64,000 nt of DNA from an uncultured bacterium (GCA_905339405.1 CAJPGC010000034.1:3052-67051); one strand, 5' to 3'. Shown: positions 9,069 to 18,875, numbered from the stretch's first letter. Program-made: numbers and translations. The notes: a model not told the origin generated them from the sequence alone.

Positions 9069-11657
9069 ATGGGACAAACCGGAACACCCAGTAAGAACCA
9101 TCTCATCCTGGCTTTTTTCTTTCTGACCGGCCTTACCGGGCTTGCGTACGAGCTTGTCTGGATAAGGCTCCTCATACTCTCCTTCGGTTCGACCCAGTTC
9201 GCCATAACTACCGTCCTTGCGACCTTCATGGCGGGGCTTGCCCTCGGGAGCGTGCTTTTCGGCCGCTTTGTCGACAGGTACCCGTATCCGCTCAAGGTCT
9301 ACGGTGTAATAGAGATAATACTAGGCATATATTGCATCATCTCGCCTCTCATATTCCATGTCGTAAAAGACCTGTACCTTTACGCCTCTCCAATTACCCC
9401 TGAGACGTCTTTCAGGGCCGATTTCGAGACCACCCAGTTTTTGCTTTCGCTTCTCGTGCTCATCGTGCCCACGACCCTCATGGGAGGCACTCTCCCGGCA
9501 CTGGTGAAGTACCTGGCCAGGTCGGAGAAAATAGGCTTCAACATTGCGCTGCCTTACGCCGTGAACACGCTCGGCGCGGTCACTGGCTGCCTGGCGACCG
9601 GGCTTTTCGCGCTCTACTATTTCGGCGTGAACGCGACAGTGTACCTTGCCGGGGCAGCCGATATCGTCGTCGGCGTACTGATACTGGTCCTCTACAGGGA
9701 CGCGGGGCGCGTGGAGAGCAAAGAGGCAAGCGCTGTTCCATACGTCCCGGTCCCTGCCGCGAAGGCCTCGAAAAGGCGGCTCAACGCTGTCGTCATCGGG
9801 GCCTTTTACTTTTCAGGATTCGCGAGCCTCGCTTACGAGGTCCTCTGGACAAGGGTGCTCTCGCTTGTGCTGGGCTCTTCGGTCTACGCCTTCACGATAA
9901 TGCTGGCGACCTTCCTTGCCGGGATAGGCATCGGCAGCGTGGTATTCGCCCCGTTCGTGGACAGGTGCAAAAGGCCGGTCTTCTGGTTCGCCATGCTCGA
10001 AGCTGTCATCGGACTTTTCGCGCTCGCCTCCATATTTATCTACAGGGAGCTGCCCTTCATATTCTTCAACCTCAAGCAGGCCTTCGGCACCCAGTTCTGG
10101 CTCTTCCTGGCCTTGAAGTTTCTCATCGCCTCTGCGGTCATGATAGTGCCGACGCTCGCCATGGGCGCCATCTTCCCGCTGGTGAGCAGGATATACGCTG
10201 AGGGCACCAGCACCATCGGAAGGAAAGTCGGCGACATATACATGTGGAACACGGCGGGGGCCATACTCGGCTCTTTCGCGGCCGGTTTCTTCCTCATCCC
10301 TTCGACCGGAGCGCAGACCGGGGTCATGCTCATAGCGGGCCTCAACATCGCCCTCAGCATCGTCATACTCTCCATGAGCGTCCTTGAGGCGAGATGGAAG
10401 TACGCGGCTGGCGTCCTACTTGCGGCCGGGTACGCCGTTGTGGCCTTCAGTCTTCCTTCGTGGGAGAAGATGGCGATGACCACCGGGATGTACGTCAACG
10501 ACTACGGCGACAAAGAGGACGCCTCGTTCGAGAACTGGAGGTTCGGCGAGAAGCTCCTTTACTACCATGAAGGGCTGAACGCCATAATAACCGTCCGAGG
10601 CTCGGGGCCCTCCGGCGAGGTCATAACATATGAGGCGAACGGCAAGACCGAAGCGCGGAGCGAAAACGGCAAACCTCCGAAAAGCTGGGCCATACTGGGA
10701 CACCTCCCGGCCATGCTGCACAAGGAAGAACCAAAGGAGGCCCTGGTCATCGGCCTCGGCTCCGGCGTGACGCTCGGTATGATGGGCCACTACCCTTACA
10801 AATCTTTCGACGTCGTGGAGCTCGAGCACGCCGTGGTAGACGCGGCCCGCTTTTTCTCGAAGGCCAACCACAACGTCCTTGACGACCCGAGGGTGCGCCT
10901 CCACGTGACTGACGGCAGGAGCTTCCTGGCGTCGGTCGACAAGAAGTACGACGTCATCGTCTCGGGCGTTTCCGACCCCTGGATATCCGGAGTCTCCAAC
11001 CTCTTCACCTACGATTATTTCACGGAGCTCAAGAGCAAGCTGAACGAAGGCGGCATCGTCGCCCTCTGGTTCTCCAATTACCGCAGCACGCCAGAGGACT
11101 TCAAGATGGGGCTCAATTCCTTTGCCGCCGTCTTCCCGAATACGAGCGTATGGTTCCATTATACGATGTCCCTTGACCTTGTCGTCATAGGCTCGGTTGG
11201 CGAGCACGCCCTCGACCTTGACAGGCTCAACGCCCTGTTCGAGCGGCCCGAGGTGAGATACGAGCTCGAAGCTATAGACCTGAAGTCGCCTTACGACGTT
11301 TTCTCGCTCTATCTTGCCGGGGGCAAGGACCTGCGGGACTTTTTAGGGGAGGCAGGGATAAATACGGACGAACGCCCGATACTCGAGTTCTCTTTGCCCA
11401 AGAGCCTTTACGGGAAGATAAACGGGCCTGAGCGGGTGCGCGAGCTCCTGGCTGCGTCCACCGCCGTCGCTCCGCCTGTCGAGCTTCACGGCCTCGACCC
11501 TTCTGATTTTTACCTCGAGCTCGGCAAAAACTACAACAAGTACGAGTTCAGGCTACCGCAGGCTCTGAAGGCCTTTGAAAAGTCGCTGGAACTGAACCCC
11601 GGCCAGAAGGAAGCCGCCACTTACGCAGGGCAGTTGAGGCGGGAGCTGGGCAGGTAG
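9069..11657 (+). CDS. Fused multi-TM membrane domain / spermidine-synthase-like protein with C-terminal TPR
   Basis: Two repeats of GL.YE.(V/L)W.R TM bundles, LVIGLGSGVT, VVELE, DGRSFL, SDPWISGVSNLF; TPR-like tail ALKAFEKSLELNP. Confidence 0.88.
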   Translation: MGQTGTPSKNHLILAFFFLTGLTGLAYELVWIRLLILSFGSTQFAITTVLATFMAGLALGSVLFGRFVDRYPYPLKVYGVIEIILGIYCIISPLIFHVVKDLYLYASPITPETSFRADFETTQFLLSLLVLIVPTTLMGGTLPALVKYLARSEKIGFNIALPYAVNTLGAVTGCLATGLFALYYFGVNATVYLAGAADIVVGVLILVLYRDAGRVESKEASAVPYVPVPAAKASKRRLNAVVIGAFYFSGFASLAYEVLWTRVLSLVLGSSVYAFTIMLATFLAGIGIGSVVFAPFVDRCKRPVFWFAMLEAVIGLFALASIFIYRELPFIFFNLKQAFGTQFWLFLALKFLIASAVMIVPTLAMGAIFPLVSRIYAEGTSTIGRKVGDIYMWNTAGAILGSFAAGFFLIPSTGAQTGVMLIAGLNIALSIVILSMSVLEARWKYAAGVLLAAGYAVVAFSLPSWEKMAMTTGMYVNDYGDKEDASFENWRFGEKLLYYHEGLNAIITVRGSGPSGEVITYEANGKTEARSENGKPPKSWAILGHLPAMLHKEEPKEALVIGLGSGVTLGMMGHYPYKSFDVVELEHAVVDAARFFSKANHNVLDDPRVRLHVTDGRSFLASVDKKYDVIVSGVSDPWISGVSNLFTYDYFTELKSKLNEGGIVALWFSNYRSTPEDFKMGLNSFAAVFPNTSVWFHYTMSLDLVVIGSVGEHALDLDRLNALFERPEVRYELEAIDLKSPYDVFSLYLAGGKDLRDFLGEAGINTDERPILEFSLPKSLYGKINGPERVRELLAASTAVAPPVELHGLDPSDFYLELGKNYNKYEFRLPQALKAFEKSLELNPGQKEAATYAGQLRRELGR

Positions 11658-11681
11658 TCCCTCCAAAGGGTATTTTCCACG

Positions 11682-11711
11682 TTGACCTGACTTGGCCTTT
11701 TAAAGTATAAT
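11682..11711 (+). promoter_or_regulatory. sigma70-type promoter for prfC
   Basis: TTGACC-18 nt-TATAAT. Confidence 0.55.
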
Positions 11712-11764
11712 TTTATCAATCGGAATGGGCCTCCAGGGCCCATTTTTTTATTATCAGGGGAACC

Positions 11765-13348
11765 ATGCATAAGCACCATCAAAAGGAAATAGACAGGCGG
11801 AGGACCTTCGGCATAATAAGCCATCCGGACGCCGGCAAGACGACTCTGACTGAAAAGCTCCTCCTCTACGGAGGCGCAATACAGCTCGCCGGGGCCGTCA
11901 AGGCCAGGAAGGCCGCGCGCCACGCGACCAGCGACTGGATGTCGATAGAAAAGGAGAGGGGCATCTCTGTCACTACCTCGGTCATGAAGTTCAACTACCG
12001 GGACTTCGAGATAAACCTCCTCGATACGCCCGGCCACCAGGACTTCTCTGAAGACACCTACAGGGTATTGACCGCGGTCGACAGCGCCCTCATGGTCATA
12101 GACAGCGCAAAGGGCGTCGAGCCGCAGACCGAAAAGCTCATGGCCGTCTGCCGTATGAGGAACACTCCGGTCATAACCTTCATCAACAAGATGGACAGGG
12201 AGGGCATAAACCCGCTTGACCTCCTCGCCGACATAGAAGACAAACTGCAGATCGAATGCTCGCCCCTTTCCTGGCCAATAGGCTCGGGCAAGGGCTTCAA
12301 GGGCGTCTACAACCTCTACAGGAAGGAACTGCAGCTCTTCACGGCGGGGCAGGAGACGAGGCACAGGGACGGCCTTGTCATAAAAGACCTCTCGGATGCG
12401 AAGCTCGACGAGATCCTGGGCGGCCAGGCAAAGGAGCTCCGCCATGACATAGAGCTCCTCCACGGCGCGGCAAACCCGTTCTCCCTTGAGGACTACCTTA
12501 AAGGCATCCAGACCCCGGTATTTTTCGGGAGCGGCATAAACAACTTCGGCGTAAAAGAGCTTCTCGACGCAGTCGTCGAGCTCGCCCCGCACCCTGGGCC
12601 GAGGCAGGCGGTCGAGAGGGTCGTGTCCCCTTACGAGGCCGCTTTCAGCGGCTTCGCCTTCAAGATACAGGCGAACATGGACCCGGCCCACAGGGACAGG
12701 ATAGCCTTCATACGCATCTGCTCGGGCAGGTTCCACAGGGGCATGAAGGTCATGCACCACAGGATGGGCAAGGAGCTCATACTTTCGAACGCCACGATAT
12801 TCATGGCGCAGGACAGGGCCAACGTGGAAGAGGCCTTCCCCGGCGATATCATCGGCATACACAACCACGGCACGATAAAAATTGGCGACACCTTCACCGA
12901 AAAGGAGCCGCTGAAGTTCACAGGGATACCGAACTTCGCGCCCGAGCACTTCAGGAGGGTCATCCTGCGGAACCCGCTGAAGGCGAAGCAGCTTCAAAAG
13001 GGGCTCGCCCAGCTCACGGAAGAGGGCGCTGTGCAGGTCTTCAGGCCGGTTGCCGGTAACGACTACATACTGGGCGCTGTCGGCGCTCTCCAGTTCGACG
13101 TCACCATCGCGAGGCTCAAGGACGAGTACGGGGTAGACGCCACGTACGAGGCGTTCGAGGCACAGAGGGCCCGCTGGGTGGAGGGAGAAAGGAAGATGCT
13201 CGACGAGTTCGAGAAGAAGAACTCCACGCGCCTTGCCAGGGACATGGAAGGCAACCTCACGTACCTTGCGCCGAGCGAGTGGCAGCTCAACTACATGATG
13301 GAGCAGTGGCCGGATATGGTCTTTCACAGGACGCGCGAACACAACTGA
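11765..13348 (+). CDS. prfC: Peptide chain release factor 3
   Basis: [56 protein letters not shown]. Confidence 0.98.
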   Translation: MHKHHQKEIDRRRTFGIISHPDAGKTTLTEKLLLYGGAIQLAGAVKARKAARHATSDWMSIEKERGISVTTSVMKFNYRDFEINLLDTPGHQDFSEDTYRVLTAVDSALMVIDSAKGVEPQTEKLMAVCRMRNTPVITFINKMDREGINPLDLLADIEDKLQIECSPLSWPIGSGKGFKGVYNLYRKELQLFTAGQETRHRDGLVIKDLSDAKLDEILGGQAKELRHDIELLHGAANPFSLEDYLKGIQTPVFFGSGINNFGVKELLDAVVELAPHPGPRQAVERVVSPYEAAFSGFAFKIQANMDPAHRDRIAFIRICSGRFHRGMKVMHHRMGKELILSNATIFMAQDRANVEEAFPGDIIGIHNHGTIKIGDTFTEKEPLKFTGIPNFAPEHFRRVILRNPLKAKQLQKGLAQLTEEGAVQVFRPVAGNDYILGAVGALQFDVTIARLKDEYGVDATYEAFEAQRARWVEGERKMLDEFEKKNSTRLARDMEGNLTYLAPSEWQLNYMMEQWPDMVFHRTREHN

Positions 13349-13365
13349 GCCTTCCTGCTAATGCG

Positions 13366-13450
13366 GTCATTGCGAGGAGCGAAGCGACGCGGCAATCTAA
13401 GAGGTTGGTTCAGGAAAAAGATGAGATTGCTTCGCTGCGCCCGCAATGAC
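13366..13450. repeat. REP-like palindromic element (GTCATT...AATGAC type), copy 1
   Basis: GTCATTGCGAGGAGCGAAGCGACGCGGCAATCT...AGATTGCTTCGCTGCGCCCGCAATGAC; related copy at 29434-29513. Confidence 0.8.
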
Positions 13451-13542
13451 GAATTGGCGCAATGGTTTCATAGGTTTCGACAGGACGAGGGAGCACAACT
13501 GAGCTTTGAAAAATGCTATTTTTCAGTCAGGTTTCATGCTTG

Positions 13543-13574
13543 AAAGCCGCTGGATTTTCCAGCGGCTTTTTTTT
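13543..13574 (+). terminator. Intrinsic terminator
   Basis: AAAGCCGCTGGA-TTT-TCCAGCGGCTTT followed by a T run. Confidence 0.85.
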
Positions 13575-13751
13575 ATTTCTCCCTTCGGCCATATTCTTTT
13601 TTTCTGGAAAGTAGCCGCTCCAGCTGTTAATATTTAGCGTTCCCATTGATTGTAGGCGTACAAAGGCGTAAAATCATTACGGACCCTGAAAGTTGCTGAA
13701 AACCGACCGCGAATCTTGAAACCTGCCCAAAGGAGGCGCTCGAATAGCTCC

Positions 13752-15389
13752 ATGAAAAAGGAATCCCTTTTCGTAATAGGACACAAGAACCCTGACACCG
13801 ACTCCATCGTATCGGCCATAGGACTCGCGGAGCTCAAGGCAGCCGCAGGCGAGACGAACGTATCTGCCGCGAGGGCAGGGGACCTGAACCCGCAGACCGA
13901 GTTCATACTCAATTACTTCAATATCCCGGCCCCCAAGTACCTGCCGGACGTGAGGCCCAAGTCCAGGGAGATAATGTCGGTCGACGTCGTCACCGTCTCC
14001 GAGCACGCGCCTTTCCACAAGGTCCTGGAGCTCATGAGGGAGCAGGAAGTAAGGTTCATGCCCGTCCTCGACGGCGACGGCAGGCCAAAGGGCGCCGTCA
14101 CGCTCATGGAAGTGGCAAAGAGATACCTTCAGGCCGAAAGCTCCATAGAGGTCACGACCTCTTTGAAGAACATAGTCGAGACCCTCGGCGCTAAGGTCAA
14201 GAACGACCTTCTCGGCGACAGGGAGCAGGCCTTCTCCGTCTATATCGGCGCGATGTCCGAAGAGGCGTTCCTCTATATCCTCGGCGGCAAGGACCCTAAA
14301 AGCTGCGCCGTCATAGTAGGGGACAGGGCGGACATACAGAAGAAGGCCGTTGAGAAGGGCGTGGGCATCCTCATAATATCCGGCGGCTTCGACGTCGAAG
14401 AGAGCATACTGAAGTCCGCTAAGGCGAACGGCGTCAGCATAATAGTCTCGCCGCACGACTCCGCGACTACCTCCATGCTGGTGCGCGTGAGCACGCCGGT
14501 GCGCCTCATATGCGACCCCAAGGTCGAGAGCGTCTCCCCGGACGAGCTGGTCGAGGACATCAAGTTCAAGGCGGCAGGAGTCGCCGGGCTGGTGGTGCTC
14601 GGCAACGACGGCGTCATGCAGGGCGTCATCACCAAGACGGACTTCCTGAAGAGCTCGTCGACCTGCCTCATCCTCGTCGATCACAACGAGCTCTCGCAGG
14701 CCATAGACGGGGCCGAGAAGGTCAACATAGTCGAGGTCGTTGACCACCACAGGATAGGCAACTTCACCTGCCAGAACCCCATACCGTTCATCTGCGAGCC
14801 GGTCGGCTCGACCTCGACCCTCGTGGCCGAGCTCTACAGGAGAAAAGGCGTCGCCATAAAAAAGGAGATAGCCGGAATACTCCTCGGGGGCGTCCTTTCC
14901 GACACAGTCATATTGAAGTCCCCCACGACGACCGACAGGGACAAGGAGATAGTCAAATGGCTGGAGGAGCGCTCCGGCCTTGAGCACGCATCCTTCGGCG
15001 CGGAGATATTCGGCTCCGCCGGTGGCATAAAAAAGAGGGGGCCCGAAGCTGTCGTCGGCAGCGACTACAAGGTCTTCGAGGCAAAGGGCAAGAAGTTCGG
15101 CGTAGGCCAGGTCGAGACAATAGGCTTCGACGAGTTCTTCGACGAGAAGGCGAAGCTCATGGACGAGCTTGCGAAGGTGAAGGCCAAAAAAGAGCTCCAG
15201 CTTTCGGCCCTCCTCGTCACGGACATTGCTCTGGGCACTTCGCTCTTGCTGGCCATCGGGGACAAGGAAGTGATGTTCAGCCTCAATTACCCGAAGGTAA
15301 AGGACGACGTCTTCGAGCTCAAGAACGTCCTTTCGAGGAAAAAGCAGGTCGTCCCGCATATACTTAATGTTTTCAATGAGATATTCTAA
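13752..15389 (+). CDS. ppaC: Family II Mn-dependent inorganic pyrophosphatase with CBS-DRTGG insert (CBS-PPase)
   Basis: GHKNPDTDSI, CBS pair, IVGDR (DRTGG), LVDHNE, VDHHRI, GVLSDT, VLSRKKQVVP. Confidence 0.93.
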   Translation: MKKESLFVIGHKNPDTDSIVSAIGLAELKAAAGETNVSAARAGDLNPQTEFILNYFNIPAPKYLPDVRPKSREIMSVDVVTVSEHAPFHKVLELMREQEVRFMPVLDGDGRPKGAVTLMEVAKRYLQAESSIEVTTSLKNIVETLGAKVKNDLLGDREQAFSVYIGAMSEEAFLYILGGKDPKSCAVIVGDRADIQKKAVEKGVGILIISGGFDVEESILKSAKANGVSIIVSPHDSATTSMLVRVSTPVRLICDPKVESVSPDELVEDIKFKAAGVAGLVVLGNDGVMQGVITKTDFLKSSSTCLILVDHNELSQAIDGAEKVNIVEVVDHHRIGNFTCQNPIPFICEPVGSTSTLVAELYRRKGVAIKKEIAGILLGGVLSDTVILKSPTTTDRDKEIVKWLEERSGLEHASFGAEIFGSAGGIKKRGPEAVVGSDYKVFEAKGKKFGVGQVETIGFDEFFDEKAKLMDELAKVKAKKELQLSALLVTDIALGTSLLLAIGDKEVMFSLNYPKVKDDVFELKNVLSRKKQVVPHILNVFNEIF

Positions 15390-15405
15390 GGAAATGAGGT
15401 CAGGC

Positions 15406-16305
15406 ATGAAGTTTCTCCCGGCACTCGCGGCCGTTTTTTTTCTTCTCTTCTGGGCTGTCGACGACTCTTACGCAAGGGCCGGCAGAAGCGGCGGCTCATT
15501 TGGGTACAGGGGCTCGAGGACTTATTCAACTCCCGTAAAGCAGGCCCCTGCGCGCCAACAGACAACCCAGCAGCAGAGCGGCGCTACGCAGCAGCAGCCG
15601 ATGGCTCCGCCGAGGGCAGGGGGCCTTTTCGGAGGACTTGCAGGAGGGCTCGCGGGCGGCATACTCGGCGGCCTTCTTTTCAGCTCGCTTGGGCACGCTG
15701 CAATGGGCCCGGGCGGCCCTGGCGGCTTGGGTTTCCTTGACATACTCTTAATTGGCGGCGGCATATTCCTCCTCATACGGTTTTTCAGGAGGAAGAAGCA
15801 GGCTACCGGCGATTTCCTCGGCGGCAGGAAGGCGGCCGGCTTTTCCGCTCCGGCACCTGGCGGCCTCGATGAAGGGCTCGGCGACATCCGCCGCATGGAC
15901 GGCCATTTCGACGAAGAGCATTTCATGACCGAGGCTATAGACATATTCTTCAACGTCCAGTCGGCCTGGGGCACAGGGGACATCGACCAGCTGAGGCCGG
16001 TCATCGCACCCAGGGCCCTCGAGACATTGAGGGGCGAGCTGGAAGAGTTGAAGAAAAAGGGGCTCGTCAACAGGGTCGAGGGGCTTGCGATGAAAGACGC
16101 TGCAATAACCGAGGCCTGGCAGGAGAAGGGCACCGACTACATAACCCTGAAGTTCACCGCGAGCGCCATCGAGTATATGGCGGACGCCAGCGGCAAGGCC
16201 GTCGAGGGGTCCAGGACCGAAGCCGCCGAGTTCACCGAGTACTGGACGTTTGCCCGGGAGATAGGCAAGGACTGGAAGTTGTCGGCCATACAGCAGCCCT
16301 CATAG
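15406..16305 (+). CDS. Tim44-like domain protein
   Basis: Signal peptide, GGSFGYRGSRTYS, Gly-rich TM segment, EFTEYWTFAR..WKLSAIQQ tail. Confidence 0.9.
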   Translation: MKFLPALAAVFFLLFWAVDDSYARAGRSGGSFGYRGSRTYSTPVKQAPARQQTTQQQSGATQQQPMAPPRAGGLFGGLAGGLAGGILGGLLFSSLGHAAMGPGGPGGLGFLDILLIGGGIFLLIRFFRRKKQATGDFLGGRKAAGFSAPAPGGLDEGLGDIRRMDGHFDEEHFMTEAIDIFFNVQSAWGTGDIDQLRPVIAPRALETLRGELEELKKKGLVNRVEGLAMKDAAITEAWQEKGTDYITLKFTASAIEYMADASGKAVEGSRTEAAEFTEYWTFAREIGKDWKLSAIQQPS

Positions 16306-16339
16306 TCTCTGGCCTTTGAACACACATAACGAGCGCATA

Positions 16340-16367
16340 TCCCAGCGGCTCTGCCGCGGGGAGCTTC
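16340..16367. repeat. Short hairpin resembling the one at 23784-23815 (inverted)
   Basis: TCCCAGCGGC-TCT-GCCGCGGGGAGCTTC vs reverse complement of 23784-23815, GAAGCTCCCAGCGGC-AA-GCCGCAGTGAGCTTC. Confidence 0.5.
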
Positions 16368-16491
16368 ATAATTGTTTTAAGCATCCTTTTAGGCTCTCGA
16401 AGGGCCCTCGTGTAAATTAATGCCCGTTCTTTCGCCCAAGACTGTTCACCATGTCACATCAGGGCGTTCATCTTCCTGCTATACTCTTTTC

Positions 16492-16794
16492 GTGAACGAA
16501 CTTACCGGCCGCCAGAAAATAATAGAGGCTTTGAAGGGCCAGATGCTTACAGCCCGTGAGATATCCCAGGCCGTCGGCATAAAGGAAAAAGAGGTTCTCG
16601 AGCACCTGCCGCACATCGCCAGGTCTCTAGGCGCGCATGGAACCCAGGGGCCATCTCTTTTGGTGGAGCCGTCGACGTGCCTTGCGTGCGGCTTTGTCTT
16701 CAGGAAAAGGGAGAGGCTCAAGACCCCATCGAAGTGCCCTGTATGCAGGTCCGAGGAGATAACCGAGACAAGGTTCGGGGTCTTTGAACAATGA
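16492..16794 (+). CDS. Small wHTH transcriptional regulator with C-terminal Zn ribbon (COG3357-like)
   Basis: TGRQKIIEAL..LTAREISQAVGIKEKEVLEHL.HI; CLACGFVF...PSKCPVCRSE. GTG start at 16492 inferred. Confidence 0.82.
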   Translation: MNELTGRQKIIEALKGQMLTAREISQAVGIKEKEVLEHLPHIARSLGAHGTQGPSLLVEPSTCLACGFVFRKRERLKTPSKCPVCRSEEITETRFGVFEQ

Positions 16795-17726
16795 TAAAAC
16801 AACTGGCCTCAGCCATTGCCGCAGCTTCCATACCGCTTTTGCCGCTTTGCGCCCATGCCGCCCCGGAAAGCCAGGAGCTTTCAATATCCATCGGCAAAAG
16901 GTCGGACAACCTCGACTGGAACATAGCGGGCCTCTCTCGGTCAGGGGATTTCGTCAACGTCCTTTCCGAGCTTACATGGTCGGACGTGGAAAGCCAGGAG
17001 ATAAGGGGCAGCGCTAGGGTCTTCATGAACAGGTATTTCCTCAAAGGCGAAGCCGGGGTCGGCTTCATCACCGGAGGAGTGAACCAGGACTCGGATTTCC
17101 TCAATAACAACAGGACATTCGAGTACTCGAGGTCGAACAACTCCTCCGACGACGGCACTGTCTGGGACTTGTCCGGCGGTCTTGGCTACCTTTACGAATT
17201 CAAGGCGCTGGGCGGCAGGTTCGACCTCATTCCCATTGCCGGGCTTTCATACCACAAGCAGAACCTCACCTTGACCGACGGGGTCCAGACCATATCCACG
17301 CCAGGGCTGACCGGGCCGCTTGGTCCTTTCTCCGGTCTTCACAGCACCTACGAGGCCCGCTGGGCAGGGCCCTGGGCAGGGGCCGATTTTTCTTATCAGA
17401 GGGGAAAACTCAAGGTTTACGGGAGCTTCGAGTACCATCTTGCCTATTATTTGGCACAGGCCAACTGGAACCTCAGGGGGGATTTCGCCCACCCGGTGAG
17501 CTTCGAGCACTGGGCTACCGGAAAGGGGATTGTCTTTTCAGCCGGCACGGAGTATAATATCGCCCGTAACTGGTCTTTTGCCGCTGGCTTCGAGGCAAGC
17601 GACTTTCAGGCAACTGACGGGACGGACAGGACCTATTTCTCCGGAGGCGGGGCCGCAGACACGCCCCTTAACGAGGTCAACTGGGATTCGCTGTCAGGCT
17701 TTTTCGGCTTCAATTACAGGTACTGA
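16791..17726 (+). CDS. Outer-membrane beta-barrel protein (omptin-like fold suspected)
   Basis: Signal peptide AHA|AP, alternating beta strands, NVLSELTW, QDSDF, aromatic C-terminus FGFNYRY; ATGA overlap with the regulator. Confidence 0.78.
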   Translation: MIKQLASAIAAASIPLLPLCAHAAPESQELSISIGKRSDNLDWNIAGLSRSGDFVNVLSELTWSDVESQEIRGSARVFMNRYFLKGEAGVGFITGGVNQDSDFLNNNRTFEYSRSNNSSDDGTVWDLSGGLGYLYEFKALGGRFDLIPIAGLSYHKQNLTLTDGVQTISTPGLTGPLGPFSGLHSTYEARWAGPWAGADFSYQRGKLKVYGSFEYHLAYYLAQANWNLRGDFAHPVSFEHWATGKGIVFSAGTEYNIARNWSFAAGFEASDFQATDGTDRTYFSGGGAADTPLNEVNWDSLSGFFGFNYRY

Positions 17727-17728
17727 AG

Positions 17729-18127
17729 ATGGACCGAAACCTCTCCGGCTTTGCCGTCTTCCTTTTGCTCTTCGCGTATTCCACGATTACATTCGCAGAG
17801 CCGCTTCCGTCCTCGCTTGACCCGGGGAGCGCCGAGTGCGTCTCATGCCACCAGGACTCGATAACAGTAAACGAGCCGTTCGAGGTATGCCACCAGGGCG
17901 GCTGCGACCATCCTGTCGGGGTAAGCTATCAGTCGTTTTCTTCGCGGAACAGGGGGCTCGTCCCTGCCGATAAGCTCGACCCGGCCATAACTCTCGTGGA
18001 CGGCAAGATGGGCTGCCTTGCCTGCCATACGCCCTATGACGCGGCCGCCCACGAGACGGCCGGAAATTCCATGCTCTCGGTCGACAACAAAGGCAGCGCG
18101 CTTTGCGCGGCCTGCCACAGGAAATAG
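17729..18127 (+). CDS. Periplasmic triheme c-type cytochrome
   Basis: Signal peptide; CVSCH, CLACH, CAACH; DHPVG motif typical of doubled-CxxCH cytochromes. Confidence 0.9.
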   Translation: MDRNLSGFAVFLLLFAYSTITFAEPLPSSLDPGSAECVSCHQDSITVNEPFEVCHQGGCDHPVGVSYQSFSSRNRGLVPADKLDPAITLVDGKMGCLACHTPYDAAAHETAGNSMLSVDNKGSALCAACHRK

Positions 18128-18131
18128 CCGC

Positions 18132-18158
18132 TCAAGTTTTTGACCGCACGGCCGAAGT
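18132..18158 (+). promoter_or_regulatory. Possible sigma28 (FliA)-type promoter
   Basis: TCAAGTTT-11 nt-GCCGAAGT vs consensus TAAAGTTT-N11-GCCGATAA. Confidence 0.4.
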
Positions 18159-18251
18159 AATCCTCAGGAACATCCCCGCTCCATGAGAGAGCCTTCACGT
18201 GGGTTCGCCTTCTAACCGTCTGCAAGCAGACCACCATTCGCGAGTGTACTC

Positions 18252-18668
18252 ATGAATTACGCTTTTGCAGCCCTTTTGTTCTCCATCCTCACACTGTTCG
18301 GCCTCTCCGGCACCTCCGGCGCGATGGACAAGGAATCTCTCGAATGCCTCGGCTGCCATGACGCTGCCGTGGCAACCGACGTGACCTTTCAGGTCTGCTC
18401 GGAGCCGGACTGCGACCACCCGTTCGGGATAGACTATCTTACCCTTGCGCTGTCGAACAAGGGCCTCAAAAACCCGTCGTTGCTGCCCCAGCCGATAAAG
18501 CTCGTCAACAACTCGACGATAGGCTGCGGCACGTGCCACGTACCCTTCAAGAAGAACGACCACTCCATACTCTCCAGCATGAGGAACCTTTACCCCGAGA
18601 TACCCGACCCGATGCTCGTCATGGACAACAGGCAGAGCCAGCTTTGCTTCGGCTGCCATTCAAAATAA
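18252..18668 (+). CDS. Periplasmic triheme c-type cytochrome, paralog of the preceding gene
   Basis: Signal peptide; CLGCH, CGTCH, CFGCH; DHPFG. Confidence 0.9.
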   Translation: MNYAFAALLFSILTLFGLSGTSGAMDKESLECLGCHDAAVATDVTFQVCSEPDCDHPFGIDYLTLALSNKGLKNPSLLPQPIKLVNNSTIGCGTCHVPFKKNDHSILSSMRNLYPEIPDPMLVMDNRQSQLCFGCHSK

Positions 18669-18669
18669 T

Positions 18670-18794
18670 TGAAAATCGCTATTTTCCCTGATCTCTTCGT
18701 CAGGATGAAAATAAAAATGCTCTCATATTGACATATATGTTCCGCTTTTTATTTTCACCCTTCCTTGACCTCAGAAAAAAATAGCTGATTTTCA
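18670..18794. repeat. ~125 bp palindromic MITE-like element, family A copy 1
   Basis: Terminal inverted repeat TGAAAATC.GCTATTTT / AAAATAGCTGATTTTCA; close match to 20372-20496. Confidence 0.85.
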
Positions 18795-18846
18795 GGGTAC
18801 CCATCAGTAGAAAAATAAGGAGGCGTGCCAGCCGGGAATAAATCCC

Positions 18847-18875
18847 TTGACACCCCGGCTAAGTTGTATTATAAA
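18847..18875 (+). promoter_or_regulatory. sigma70 promoter upstream of the SAM riboswitch
   Basis: TTGACA-17 nt-TATAAA. Confidence 0.75.

Noticed and set aside
13361..13543. 60-aa ORF MRSLRGAKRRGNL...
   Set aside because: It is a translation of the palindromic repeat.
6901..15407. Long antisense ORFs (6901-8745, 11621-13342, 13677-15407, and similar at 43902-45158, 49489-50838)
   Set aside because: They shadow well-supported genes on the other strand, lack motifs, and are expected from GC-rich codon bias.
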